DNA of 64,000 nucleotides from a virus. Its lineage: Duplodnaviria; Caudoviricetes. The stretch lies in the IMG/VR virus record IMGVR_UViG_3300011429_000087, positions 1 through 64,000 of that record. One strand, written 5' to 3'. The notes under the pieces were generated by a model. It worked only from the letters and a program-made list of their open reading frames with translations, was not told where the DNA came from and did no database searches. The translations under genes and the position numbers were made by a program. Of this stretch, positions 1-8,506 are shown piece by piece. The number at the start of each line of letters is the position of its first letter. Within the stretch, counting starts at the first letter, position 1.

Positions 1-53
1 CTTGCCCCCCATCCGATCCAAGGTACATTGAGGGAGCAACCAAGGGGAACGCC

Positions 54-299
54 ATGAAAAGCATCACGCGAAGCGGAGACGATCGACGGACGGAGACGCG
101 GGGAACGGATCGGCGAAACGCTCACCTCGATATCCGTACCGTTTGCAAGCTTATGGGGGACAATACCGAGGAAATTCTCGCACTCCTGAATTTCCCCCCG
201 ATGATGCTCGCGGTCGATGCCGACCGGGCCCGGGCCCGTGCGGCGGACCTAGCCGACCGGAATTCCTTCCTAGTGCGTCTTCTTCCCTACGCCAACTAA
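54..299 (+). CDS. Hypothetical small (putative early) protein
   Basis: 81-aa ORF with AAGGGG RBS; GC-rich block. Confidence 0.55.
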   Translation: MKSITRSGDDRRTETRGTDRRNAHLDIRTVCKLMGDNTEEILALLNFPPMMLAVDADRARARAADLADRNSFLVRLLPYAN

Positions 300-310
300 G
301 GGGAAACCCA

Positions 311-478
311 ATGGTGCCGATGCGTCGCTACAGAGTCTACGTCGTCCCCTCCGGGGGGACTCTCCGGGAATGGCACTATATCGACGCCCCCAATAAGACC
401 CTAGCGGTCTTAGCCTTTTGGGACACGGTAGGGTGGCTACCGATCCTCAAGGTAACGGGGGGCACGGCCCTAATCTAG
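311..478 (+). CDS. Hypothetical 55-aa protein (MVPMRRYRVYVV...)
   Basis: AAGGGG RBS before ATG311, right after the upstream stop; followed by a terminator. Confidence 0.55.
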   Translation: MVPMRRYRVYVVPSGGTLREWHYIDAPNKTLAVLAFWDTVGWLPILKVTGGTALI

Positions 479-504
479 CGTAGGCTAGTTCCGTAGCAAC
501 TAAG

Positions 505-545
505 TCGCCTCGGGGAATTGTCCCCGGAGCGATTTTTTATTTTTT
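505..545 (+). terminator. Intrinsic terminator
   Basis: TCGC..CGGGGA-attg-TCCCCG..GCGA hairpin followed by T runs. Confidence 0.7.
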
Positions 546-556
546 GGTTGCCGCTC

Positions 557-584
557 TAAAGTATCTAAGGTATCTAGTCGATAG
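557..584 (+). promoter_or_regulatory. sigma28/FliA-like promoter
   Basis: TAAA-N16-GTCGATAG versus consensus TAAA-N15-GCCGATAA, just upstream of RBS and ORF 626. Confidence 0.45.
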
Positions 585-625
585 TAAGGGTGCAAACAAG
601 CAACCCCGAACAAAGGAAGTAAGCC

Positions 626-751
626 ATGCGTACCCGAATCCTCCTCGCTCTCCTCGCTCTCTCGGTCGTCGTCGCACTCGCCTCGTGCATCGCTCGCGTT
701 GCGGCCGAAACCGCGGCAAGCATCCCGACCGTCGCGACCATCGGCCGCTAA
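626..751 (+). CDS. 41-aa hydrophobic peptide / possible lipopeptide (MRTRILLALLALSVVVALASC...IGR)
   Basis: Read manually; AAGGAAG RBS; signal-like hydrophobic stretch ending in lipobox-like LASC. Confidence 0.6.
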   Translation: MRTRILLALLALSVVVALASCIARVAAETAASIPTVATIGR

Positions 752-800
752 ACCGAGAACTAGCTTCCCTTAAAAAATCCTTTTTCTAGGTTTCAGGGTT

Positions 801-827
801 TCAGTATCGGGCCCCCGGGGACGATAA
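801..827 (+). promoter_or_regulatory. sigma28/FliA-like promoter
   Basis: TCAG-N15-GACGATAA upstream of ORF 866; downstream leader resembles that of the 557 unit. Confidence 0.4.
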
Positions 828-865
828 GTATGGTGCAAGACGGAGTCAACCAAAGGAACCTAGCC

Positions 866-970
866 ATGATGAACCGCACTAAGCTTCTCTCCCTCCTCCT
901 CGCCGCGACCATGATCTTCGCTCTCGGCACCATGATCCTCGCCGCAGCCGTCCCGATGATGGGACGCTAA
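866..970 (+). CDS. 34-aa hydrophobic membrane peptide (MMNRTKLLSLLLAATMIFALG...MMGR)
   Basis: Read manually; AAGGAA RBS; similar architecture to ORF 626. Confidence 0.6.
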   Translation: MMNRTKLLSLLLAATMIFALGTMILAAAVPMMGR

Positions 971-974
971 GACC

Positions 975-1178
975 ATGCGACACGACGAAGTCAAAGAAGG
1001 GGCGGAACTAGAAGTTTCCCTAGGTTTCGACCATGCCGACCGGGAGCGATGGGAACGGGGGACGGTACTTAAGGTCTACGGAGACGGATTGATTCTCGTT
1101 TCCCTACCCCTCGGGTTTTTCGACATGGTTCCCCAAACGCTCGCTACTCGGGCGATGTTTATGCGGCCAATTCGGTAA
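975..1178 (+). CDS. Hypothetical protein, small beta-barrel-like
   Basis: 67-aa ORF coupled to the previous stop; WERGTVLKVYGDG pattern. Confidence 0.6.
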   Translation: MRHDEVKEGAELEVSLGFDHADRERWERGTVLKVYGDGLILVSLPLGFFDMVPQTLATRAMFMRPIR

Positions 1179-1505
1179 CGTGCCATAGGGGGCCCGGATT
1201 CTTCCGGGCCCTTCTTTTTTCCTATATCTATTTATAGGAATTTTTTTCTTTTCACGTACATATGGCATTTGCTTATATCGCACACATAGCATATATCATA
1301 CCATAATAGGTACATAGGAATAGGTTGCCTATGTTAAGCAACTATCATGCCAATGCGAATAAAATAAAAATGAAATAGAATTAATTTCTTATTTGTAAAA
1401 TATACAATTTCAAATATCATACCAAATGAAAAATAAATAATGAGAAAAATATACACATGTCTGCATCGTTCGGTTTTAGCACAATCCCGAGCAAATCGCG
1501 TGCCA
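1170..1505 (-). promoter_or_regulatory. Array of sigma54 (RpoN) -24/-12 boxes
   Basis: Minus strand: TGGCACGCGATTTGCT (1490-1505), TGGCATGATAGTTGCT (1337-1352), TGGTATGATATATGCT (1288-1303), plus degenerate copies at 1409-1424 and 1170-1185. Confidence 0.65.
1190..1220 (+). terminator. Intrinsic terminator
   Basis: GGGCCCGGA-ttct-TCCGGGCCC followed by TTCTTTTTT. Confidence 0.85.
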
Positions 1506-1717
1506 TTGTAAAAGTTACACGGGGCAGGGGGTTGTTTCGTTCCCGTTCGGAAACCGAACAGTACCCCGGGGGGCAGGGGATTCATAAACACACGGGGGCC
1601 TAAAATCCAAAACAATAGTGCGGCATCCGAACATTTCCCCTGATAGTTTATTTAGCTTTCAAGCCCACTCCAGGTGGGGGGTTTCTTTTAGCTTTTCTAG
1701 AAAAAGGATGTTAATTT

Positions 1718-3433
1718 ATGTCACTATTAGTCTCACTAGCCCTATCAGCCTTTGCAGCATTTGCTCCAGTCCCGGACGTTAAAGCAGTTATAACTCAACC
1801 CAACGATACTTTAAATATAGCGGGCGTGACAGTCACTCGTCTCAGCGGCTTCGATTCTACCGCAAACGGCGGAGACACGGAGATAATTAAATGGCTTTGG
1901 GACTGGGGTGATGGCGGATTCTCTATGGGGCCAGAAGTTTATCACACCTTTAGAACTGTCGGTAAACATACAGTAATATTAACTGTTTTTGGGGATTCCC
2001 TTTCCAGTAAATCTTCTATTTCTATTGATGTAGATGTGAAAGGATTTGATGGCAAAATCTACTTTGTGAGTGCTAGTACCGGGAACGATACTTTCCCCGG
2101 GACCGCCGCACTCCCCTTTAAGTCAATTCAAAAGGCGTTGGATGTATCGGCGGCGGGCCGCCAGGGCCGTCCAGACGCCCTAGCATTTAAATCTGGAGAT
2201 ACCTGGGATTGGGATGGCGACCTATTTCCAAATCGCCCTTCTGTGTGGATTAATTATGGGGCCGGTGCTCTGCCCATTATAAACATGGGAGATGGTCATT
2301 CGGTCTATCTTTTGAATGGCTTCCATTCTGAGCCCGCAAATACATATGGCTATTCCGTCTATTTGAATAATATTTGGTTTAAGTGGCCCACAAGTAATTT
2401 CGCCAATATGCTAAATCTTGGTACTTGGGGTTCGCAGGCTGTAGGTTGTAGAACAACTGGGGGCGGTATGTCCGCTGCTGGTGGGCCCGAAAAAATCACT
2501 CTTAAAAAGTGCGATATCAATGGCGTGGACTATACAGGATTTTTTTCTAGTAGTAGCTGGTGTACAGTTGTCTCATGCAATATACACGGAAATGGAGCGA
2601 ACGCCACATTTCATCATGAAATCTATATGAGCATGAATCATAATGTTTTGGTTAAAGATACGACATTAGATGGTCGCGGAGCTAAGGGAGCCAATTATGC
2701 TCTAACTTTTTCGGGTACTCGAAAGTTTTATGTGGCTGATTGCGACATCATGCACACAAATTATGGCCTAAATTTAGGCACCAATGGTGACGACGACCAG
2801 CGTGAAGGCCAGGACGGAATCGTAGAACGCTGTGCGATTCATGATATGGGCGAATTTAATCAGTGTGGGGCATTCTGGTTTACTAGAATGGCACGTTGCG
2901 TCATTAAGAATTGCCTAATATTTAATTGCGATAAGTATATGGGGCAAGCAGTAATTATTTTTAGCGATCGCAAAGCCACCGATAATACTCATGATGTGAG
3001 AATAATGAATAATACTTTTTATAGCAATGATGCTCAGGGTATGCAAGTGGGGTCTTGGGTGAAAAACATCAACTTCGTTAACAACATTGTGTATAGGGAT
3101 AACGATCAGTTATTCGTGACAATGGATAGTGCGACCCTGCCAGAACTTCACTTCGACTATAATAACTATTTCAATACGACCTTTGGCCCCGATGACTCCC
3201 GTGCGTTCTACGTCTCTGGTAAAAAATCATTTGAGGACTGGAAAAAGCTACAAGACGCCCATTCTGTTTGGGGTGATCCATCATTTATTGATCCGGCAAA
3301 TCGTAACTTCCATTTAGCCGCTGACAGTGCGGCGATTAACGCCGGGATCACGATCCCGAGCGTGTGGGAAGACTTTGCCAGGGCGGATAGACTACAGGGC
3401 GGGGCTTATGAAGCGGGGGCGTTTATATATTAA
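1718..3433 (+). CDS. Secreted PKD-domain / right-handed beta-helix (pectin-lyase-fold) protein
   Basis: N-terminal signal peptide; PKD motif WDWGDG..HTF..G.HTVILTV; YFVS..GND..PGT..LPFKSIQKA; NNT/NNI repeats; C-terminal GDP.F.D....FHL...S.AINAG. Confidence 0.8.
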   Translation: MSLLVSLALSAFAAFAPVPDVKAVITQPNDTLNIAGVTVTRLSGFDSTANGGDTEIIKWLWDWGDGGFSMGPEVYHTFRTVGKHTVILTVFGDSLSSKSSISIDVDVKGFDGKIYFVSASTGNDTFPGTAALPFKSIQKALDVSAAGRQGRPDALAFKSGDTWDWDGDLFPNRPSVWINYGAGALPIINMGDGHSVYLLNGFHSEPANTYGYSVYLNNIWFKWPTSNFANMLNLGTWGSQAVGCRTTGGGMSAAGGPEKITLKKCDINGVDYTGFFSSSSWCTVVSCNIHGNGANATFHHEIYMSMNHNVLVKDTTLDGRGAKGANYALTFSGTRKFYVADCDIMHTNYGLNLGTNGDDDQREGQDGIVERCAIHDMGEFNQCGAFWFTRMARCVIKNCLIFNCDKYMGQAVIIFSDRKATDNTHDVRIMNNTFYSNDAQGMQVGSWVKNINFVNNIVYRDNDQLFVTMDSATLPELHFDYNNYFNTTFGPDDSRAFYVSGKKSFEDWKKLQDAHSVWGDPSFIDPANRNFHLAADSAAINAGITIPSVWEDFARADRLQGGAYEAGAFIY

Positions 3434-3648
3434 ACTAGTTCACTGACCGGCACGTACATACGCTCGCCAGCCCCATAAACCAGAATACTGGCTACGCCGT
3501 CCGTCTTATTTAAAAGACGACCAGTTAATATAAGGCGATCTTCTTCATAGATGGTGAATCTTCCTTTTGTGGTAAGATACACCTCTGGATACTCTTCTGA
3601 AAAATCTCCGGAGGTAAGGCACGATTTACTGTTGTCTCGGTGGTCCAT
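3430..3648 (-). CDS. Hypothetical protein
   Basis: 72-aa ORF with GGAG RBS, last gene of the minus-strand block. Confidence 0.55.
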   Translation of the reverse strand: MDHRDNSKSCLTSGDFSEEYPEVYLTTKGRFTIYEEDRLILTGRLLNKTDGVASILVYGAGERMYVPVSELV

Positions 3649-3743
3649 TAATATAACTCCTATAAAATTCGGCTTCTCTTAGTCTCGCCAACTCAAAAGC
3701 AATCGCCGCACGTTTTAATGCTTCGCGGTATTGTTGATCCATT

Positions 3744-4136
3744 TTAGTTCTCAATCTGAGAGTGCCATAAGAATATGTGGGAACCGTCCCTTAGGCTTAT
3801 TGTATACTGTTTTATTGCCTTATTATCTTTAACCACTGCTCCCACTAAATCGTAACCTCTTAGTTTATCAAACGTGTAGCCGCCATCTTTTAATATAAAG
3901 ACCGTTTTTCCTACATTGCTATAAACTGGTTCCGGGGCCGTGTCTGTAGGCTCGTTTCTTGCCTTAGTCAAAACTAATAGGACTTCCGCCTGTTCTCTAG
4001 AAATTTGGACCAGTGTGAACAAATCCTGCATCATATCTTTAAGTCGTGGATCTGATTCATCGCTCGCCTTTAGAATTAAGGCTCCCATCTTCGTAATCTG
4101 TAATTGAATTAAATCATTTAGTTCCATTTTTACCAT
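3744..4136 (-). CDS. Hypothetical protein
   Basis: 130-aa ORF with AGGAG RBS. Confidence 0.7.
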   Translation of the reverse strand: MVKMELNDLIQLQITKMGALILKASDESDPRLKDMMQDLFTLVQISREQAEVLLVLTKARNEPTDTAPEPVYSNVGKTVFILKDGGYTFDKLRGYDLVGAVVKDNKAIKQYTISLRDGSHIFLWHSQIEN

Positions 4137-4260
4137 TCTCCTAAAGGTTTTTTAGATTCATTTGCCACTAACGCATGGTGTCGCTGGAGCCTTATGACCC
4201 GGCATTGGATTCCATTCCCTCTCAACGACGGTTATTGTGTAATGTTGTGAACTTTGTAAC

Positions 4261-4770
4261 TCATAATTGTACCAATTTTACATCCCTAATTAAATGACCG
4301 TTTTCAACATCTTTATCCCAATCTGCCAAAACACCGTAAACAGAGAACTCTGTACTAGGAATCTGTCGCCCTTCTATTTCCACATTTTCTCTTTTGAGGA
4401 ATTCTGTAACTTCTTCTTTAGTCTGAAATACTATGCCTCCCTGATAATCCTGGGTGCGGCCAACTTTAATCATTAGTTCGGGCGTTTCTCGAAATCCTCT
4501 TTCGTAACTTTCTGTGTGACCAATGGTATAGATCATATCTAGCCACTTTTGCAATTCTTCTTTTGCATCACGCAACTTCTGCGATTGCATCGCAGTCCAA
4601 TACTCTTCATATTTCCAATCTACAATTTGACCCTGCCAATCTTGGGCGAATTTAGCCGCCAAAGCGTAATGAGCAGAATCATCCAGATAGATATCGCCTT
4701 CAATGGCATCTGTCTCGGCAGCACATAAAGCTACAAGCGTAGCTCCGACTTTTCTGATCCTAATAGCCAT
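4261..4770 (-). CDS. Hypothetical protein
   Basis: ORF in a tightly packed operon; start at MAIRIRK preferred. Confidence 0.65.
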   Translation of the reverse strand: MAIRIRKVGATLVALCAAETDAIEGDIYLDDSAHYALAAKFAQDWQGQIVDWKYEEYWTAMQSQKLRDAKEELQKWLDMIYTIGHTESYERGFRETPELMIKVGRTQDYQGGIVFQTKEEVTEFLKRENVEIEGRQIPSTEFSVYGVLADWDKDVENGHLIRDVKLVQL

Positions 4771-4774
4771 TAGG

Positions 4775-5044
4775 CTATGCCTCACTGGTATCAAAGGTTA
4801 CGTTCGTATTCTTAATAGTATTCCTTCTATACAGAGCACGTTTGGCGTCTTTTAAATTCTTGTAGCCAGCTATCACTACTTTTAGAGGTGTAGCCTCAAT
4901 GCAGGCTTCAGGGTCACCCGGAAAATAAATTACTTCGTAGTTGGCAACTATCTGCCAACGAGACTTTTCATACTTCCTACAACGAGGCTTAATTTCCTGA
5001 AAGGAATATTCCTTAAAACGAAATTTACATTTTATAGTTATCAT
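4775..5044 (-). CDS. Hypothetical protein
   Basis: 89-aa ORF, ATGA overlap with the ATPase gene. Confidence 0.6.
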   Translation of the reverse strand: MITIKCKFRFKEYSFQEIKPRCRKYEKSRWQIVANYEVIYFPGDPEACIEATPLKVVIAGYKNLKDAKRALYRRNTIKNTNVTFDTSEA

Positions 5045-6123
5045 CTTCCAAATCCTGTCTTTTGATTCATTCCGAGATCGGCGATCTTTGTGGCAATACT
5101 ATACTTCGTATCACCAACCTTTACATATTTTCGCTCAGTATTATGACTAGAGAATAGGTGATACTCAGCAACTAAGGCCGCCTGTGTAACATTTTTGGAA
5201 TTGCCAAAAATCTCATCAAACCTAGAAATATCCAAATTAAACACATTGGCCCAAATCTGTCTAGCCTGTTCTATAGACAACGGAGGCAGAGTCAAGAAGT
5301 CGAAGCACCGACCGGGACGAATAATCGCTTCGTCAATTTCACTCATGGATTGGTTGGTCGTAATAACGACTTTTGTGTTGCGTCTAATAACGCCATCCGA
5401 ATACGATAATAAGTTATTGACAAAATTAGCATCCTTGTTTCTAGCCCTCGGAACAAGTGCGTCGTCTAGATCGTCAAAGATAATTAAGTCATAGTTACCA
5501 TCGGTCAGTTCATACCAAAGTTCGCTATCTTCTATTGCCTTTTTATCTTTGATATAGGCAACCTTCCTATAGTAGTATCCATTTAAGAGATATCGAAGGA
5601 ACGTGGTTTTACCAACGCCCGGCTCTCCGTGCAGAATTAAGATACGTTCGGGAGCCTTATTAAATGCCTCTCTCAGTAATGAAATATCAATCGAAGGATA
5701 AAGTTCGGGATAAATCGGATCTTTGTCGTCGTTAGTAGCGACCTGATCATGCTGCAACCCGCCACTAGCAATATAGAAGTATGAAAGATTAGTTTCGGAC
5801 TCGACTAGAAACGGTCTACAAAACTTATATAAGCTTGATAATTTACTATTTAGCTTGGCAAATAATGTAACGTGCGTATCACTCATCGAAACGGCAATCG
5901 TCTTGTCTTTTAGTAACGACCAAGCATCGCGAGAAAATTCATAATGCTTCATTTTGGGATTTGCACCCAGAATGGCCGTAATAAGTTCCGACCGTTTGTC
6001 AGACTTGTATCTGAGAGAAGATAGACAGTGTACATAACCCTCAGAAATTAACGTCATAAAGCGGAGGTTCTGACTCCCATATGACATGTTCACGTCGCCA
6101 TTGTTAATAGTAAAGTTAAGCAT
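5041..6123 (-). CDS. AAA+ ATPase
   Basis: Walker A GEPGVGKT, Walker B IIFDDLD, ITTN sensor, IIRPGRCFD arginine finger. Confidence 0.9.
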   Translation of the reverse strand: MLNFTINNGDVNMSYGSQNLRFMTLISEGYVHCLSSLRYKSDKRSELITAILGANPKMKHYEFSRDAWSLLKDKTIAVSMSDTHVTLFAKLNSKLSSLYKFCRPFLVESETNLSYFYIASGGLQHDQVATNDDKDPIYPELYPSIDISLLREAFNKAPERILILHGEPGVGKTTFLRYLLNGYYYRKVAYIKDKKAIEDSELWYELTDGNYDLIIFDDLDDALVPRARNKDANFVNNLLSYSDGVIRRNTKVVITTNQSMSEIDEAIIRPGRCFDFLTLPPLSIEQARQIWANVFNLDISRFDEIFGNSKNVTQAALVAEYHLFSSHNTERKYVKVGDTKYSIATKIADLGMNQKTGFGR

Positions 6124-6412
6124 CTAATTTTCCCAATTTTTCTTTTAAGGACTCTGAGAATTCCGTTTCACGGCCTTCGATCGTACTGTCGCAATCATTA
6201 GTGAGCCGATTCCGCCAGAACCATTCGAAGGTTCCATCAGGAAAAATATGAACGTCAAAATATATATACGTCGTACTGTAATAAATACAAACTGGACCGT
6301 CTTCTGTTACTATTGCGTTATACTCAAGTGGATTAATTGCTACAAGTTGTTTTAGTATGTTAACAGCAAAATCTTTTTGATTTATAGTTAGCCACTTCTG
6401 TAGTGTCAACAT
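6116..6412 (-). CDS. Hypothetical protein
   Basis: 98-aa ORF overlapping the ATPase start. Confidence 0.6.
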   Translation of the reverse strand: MLTLQKWLTINQKDFAVNILKQLVAINPLEYNAIVTEDGPVCIYYSTTYIYFDVHIFPDGTFEWFWRNRLTNDCDSTIEGRETEFSESLKEKLGKLDA

Positions 6413-6420
6413 AGTGTATT
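6412..6420 (+). promoter_or_regulatory. TAGTGTATT putative phage late promoter
   Basis: Recurrent motif upstream of an AGGAGA RBS. Confidence 0.6.
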
Positions 6421-6471
6421 CTTTCTATAGATTCCTAATTTCGGGGATCATTTAACATGTAGGAGAATCAA

Positions 6472-6645
6472 ATGGGACTAGCGGATGATATTAAGGCGAA
6501 GCTAGCTGTGCTCGATCAGGCTATTGCTGACGCCAAGGCCCGGGTCGATGGTAAGCTTGCTCTCAGCATGAGTCAGGCCGAAGCTGACGAAATTAACGCT
6601 TCGCTTGATGCTGAAAAGGCTGCGGTCGATCAGATCGGTGCTTAA
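6472..6645 (+). CDS. 57-aa Ala-rich helical protein (MGLADDIKAKL...)
   Basis: Not in ORF track; AGGAGA RBS; codon usage like the capsid genes. Confidence 0.75.
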   Translation: MGLADDIKAKLAVLDQAIADAKARVDGKLALSMSQAEADEINASLDAEKAAVDQIGA

Positions 6646-6785
6646 TGTTTCGGTGGCTAATTAACTTCCTTCGGAGACTCTTTTGTGGCGAATGTCACAA
6701 TTGTTTATCTCAGTCTGAAGTTGATGAAATCAACCGAATCATTGAATCACAGAGAGTAGCTGTATCTAAAATTGCCGGGGGTTAA
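6645..6785 (+). CDS. 46-aa protein, C-terminus paralogous to ORF 6472
   Basis: TAATG coupling; LSQSEVDEINRIIESQR versus MSQAEADEINASLDAEK. Confidence 0.65.
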   Translation: MFRWLINFLRRLFCGECHNCLSQSEVDEINRIIESQRVAVSKIAGG

Positions 6786-6800
6786 AATCCCCCGGCATTT
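6774..6800. terminator. Terminator between convergent units
   Basis: GCCGGGGG-ttaaaat-CCCCCGGC hairpin. Confidence 0.7.
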
Positions 6801-6862
6801 CTATAGTATTCATGCAAATTGCCGTGCTTCCGTCTATGGCAACATTGACATAGTCACCGATT

Positions 6863-7054
6863 TTAATCCTCGACAATCATTTTAAAATGATTAATGTCGA
6901 AGTTATAGGCAATCGTACCATTGGCTTCTGGTTTATATTGTGTATCAACTTCTATTGGAGCTTCTTCCTTTTGATTTTCTGTACATACGCATGGAATCTT
7001 GCCGTAGGAAAATCCAGTATAGTCGCACTTCTCACAACCAATTTTATTACCCAT
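6863..7054 (-). CDS. Small Cys-motif (CxxC...CxC) protein
   Basis: CEKCDYTG..IPCVC; GGAG RBS. Confidence 0.55.
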   Translation of the reverse strand: MGNKIGCEKCDYTGFSYGKIPCVCTENQKEEAPIEVDTQYKPEANGTIAYNFDINHFKMIVED

Positions 7055-7334
7055 ACTTCACTCCACTTTTACAAGCAGTAAGTTTTTTATCCCATAATGG
7101 CACAAGTCTTGCAACAGCTTCTTCATTATCTTTTAGGCGTGCATTAATAATGCATTCTAGCAGTCTACAGAGACTCAGTTTATTGAGGTCTAATGTTGGC
7201 TTATATTCTAACGTCCATCCATGAGCCATTTTGCCATTGTATTCTACAAATTGCGAATACTCGTCTACGCACACCGTCTTACTTTCTTGGTCGAAAATAA
7301 CTGGTGATCTAATTTTTAAATCATATAGGTTCAA
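7047..7334 (-). CDS. Hypothetical protein
   Basis: Overlap-coupled ORF in operon. Confidence 0.6.
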   Translation of the reverse strand: MNLYDLKIRSPVIFDQESKTVCVDEYSQFVEYNGKMAHGWTLEYKPTLDLNKLSLCRLLECIINARLKDNEEAVARLVPLWDKKLTACKSGVKYG

Positions 7335-7602
7335 CAGGTAAATCCTCTTCGCGGTAAACGGCTTCTTTACTTATATAGGCAGTGCCGTTCGGTAAACATA
7401 GCGGCCCAAAAAAGCTGAGTTCTCCCGGCCTTAATTTGTCCGTGTTCATTCCGCCCTGTAGTCCCGGTCGCATAATCCAGTAACCACCTTCTTCTTTTGC
7501 AACTTGGCAAATAATAAACAACTTCGTGGCGTTATGTCGCATCCAATATGCACCAGCATGTTTCGGTATATCAACCCATTCAGAGAAAACCGTTTCCGAC
7601 AT
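7321..7602 (-). CDS. Hypothetical protein
   Basis: Coupled ORF; P..GAYW motif. Confidence 0.65.
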   Translation of the reverse strand: MSETVFSEWVDIPKHAGAYWMRHNATKLFIICQVAKEEGGYWIMRPGLQGGMNTDKLRPGELSFFGPLCLPNGTAYISKEAVYREEDLPVEPI

Positions 7603-7603
7603 A

Positions 7604-7885
7604 TTAGCATCCTGGTGAGAGAAAGTCTCGCGGCTCGTCTTGTAGTTTTTTAATTTTTAATGCATGTTCCAGCAGCTCTTTAGGAAGATGCTTGCTAGCA
7701 TCTAACACTTCCATACCAATTAGTCTGCCTTCGGCATCTAAATCTAATGCAAAAAATGGACACTCTTTTAACCGATTATTTTTAACTAGATGAACCTCGG
7801 TTAAAGTTTGAAAACTATGACTTTTATCATGTCCAAAATATATAAATGCCGCGTCTATAGTCGGATCATAATCTATTTCTAACAT
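7604..7885 (-). CDS. DUF2283-family protein
   Basis: YDPTIDAAFIYF ... LDLDAEGRLIGMEVLDAS signature. Confidence 0.8.
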   Translation of the reverse strand: MLEIDYDPTIDAAFIYFGHDKSHSFQTLTEVHLVKNNRLKECPFFALDLDAEGRLIGMEVLDASKHLPKELLEHALKIKKLQDEPRDFLSPGC

Positions 7886-7887
7886 CT

Positions 7888-8505
7888 TTATTTTCCATGA
7901 TACTTGTCTTTCCAGTCTCCAGTGACGCGGTGTTTTGGCTTTTTCATGTCTTCTATAATATCTTCAATATTAATTGGGTGATGGTCCCACTCATCTACTC
8001 CAACATTATAAATAATGGTTCCATCTGTGCGTTCCCATGAACGCCATTGAGTATGGATATGGCCGCAGAAATGGAAGTCGTGATTACCTTCGATTGCTTC
8101 AGGATAGTGGCTCACTTCAATCTCGAATTCGTCCTGTCTAGACGGCCAGCCAGGAACATGGTCTAGTAAACTTCTTACTGAAGGATTTTTCATGATATAT
8201 AATTGCAGTGTTGCCTTCGGAAAGAAGCTAATGAGATCGCTAAAATCTTTTTCGAGCATTTCCGAGTCATGATTTCCGGTAACAATTGTCTTTTCACCAT
8301 TTAAGCACTGCAAGATTTCTCTAGCTTGTTTCTTGGGTAGAAAACTAAAGTCTCCTAGATGCAATACTTGATCATCAGGTTGGACGACCGAATTCCAATT
8401 CTCAATCAATTGATAATTCATTTCCCACACGTTTTTGAATGGGCGGCTGCAATATTTAAGGATGTTACGATGCCCAAAATGGGTATCACTGGTGAACCAG
8501 ATCAT
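7888..8505 (-). CDS. Calcineurin-like metallophosphoesterase
   Basis: SDTHFGH, HLGD, GNHD, HYP, GHIH, NVGVD motifs. Confidence 0.9.
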   Translation of the reverse strand: MIWFTSDTHFGHRNILKYCSRPFKNVWEMNYQLIENWNSVVQPDDQVLHLGDFSFLPKKQAREILQCLNGEKTIVTGNHDSEMLEKDFSDLISFFPKATLQLYIMKNPSVRSLLDHVPGWPSRQDEFEIEVSHYPEAIEGNHDFHFCGHIHTQWRSWERTDGTIIYNVGVDEWDHHPINIEDIIEDMKKPKHRVTGDWKDKYHGK

Positions 8506-8506
8506 G

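Noticed and set aside
143-789. Track ORFs 143-478 (long form), 537-719 and 544-789
   Set aside because: Better explained by the RBS-supported ORFs at 311 and 626 in GC-rich DNA.
1334-1615. 93-aa minus-strand ORF across the AT-rich spacer
   Set aside because: No RBS, low-complexity F/I-rich translation, and it overlaps the regulatory boxes.
6814-6828. Extra sigma54-like site (GCAAATTGCCGTGC)
   Set aside because: Missing the invariant GG and wrong spacing.
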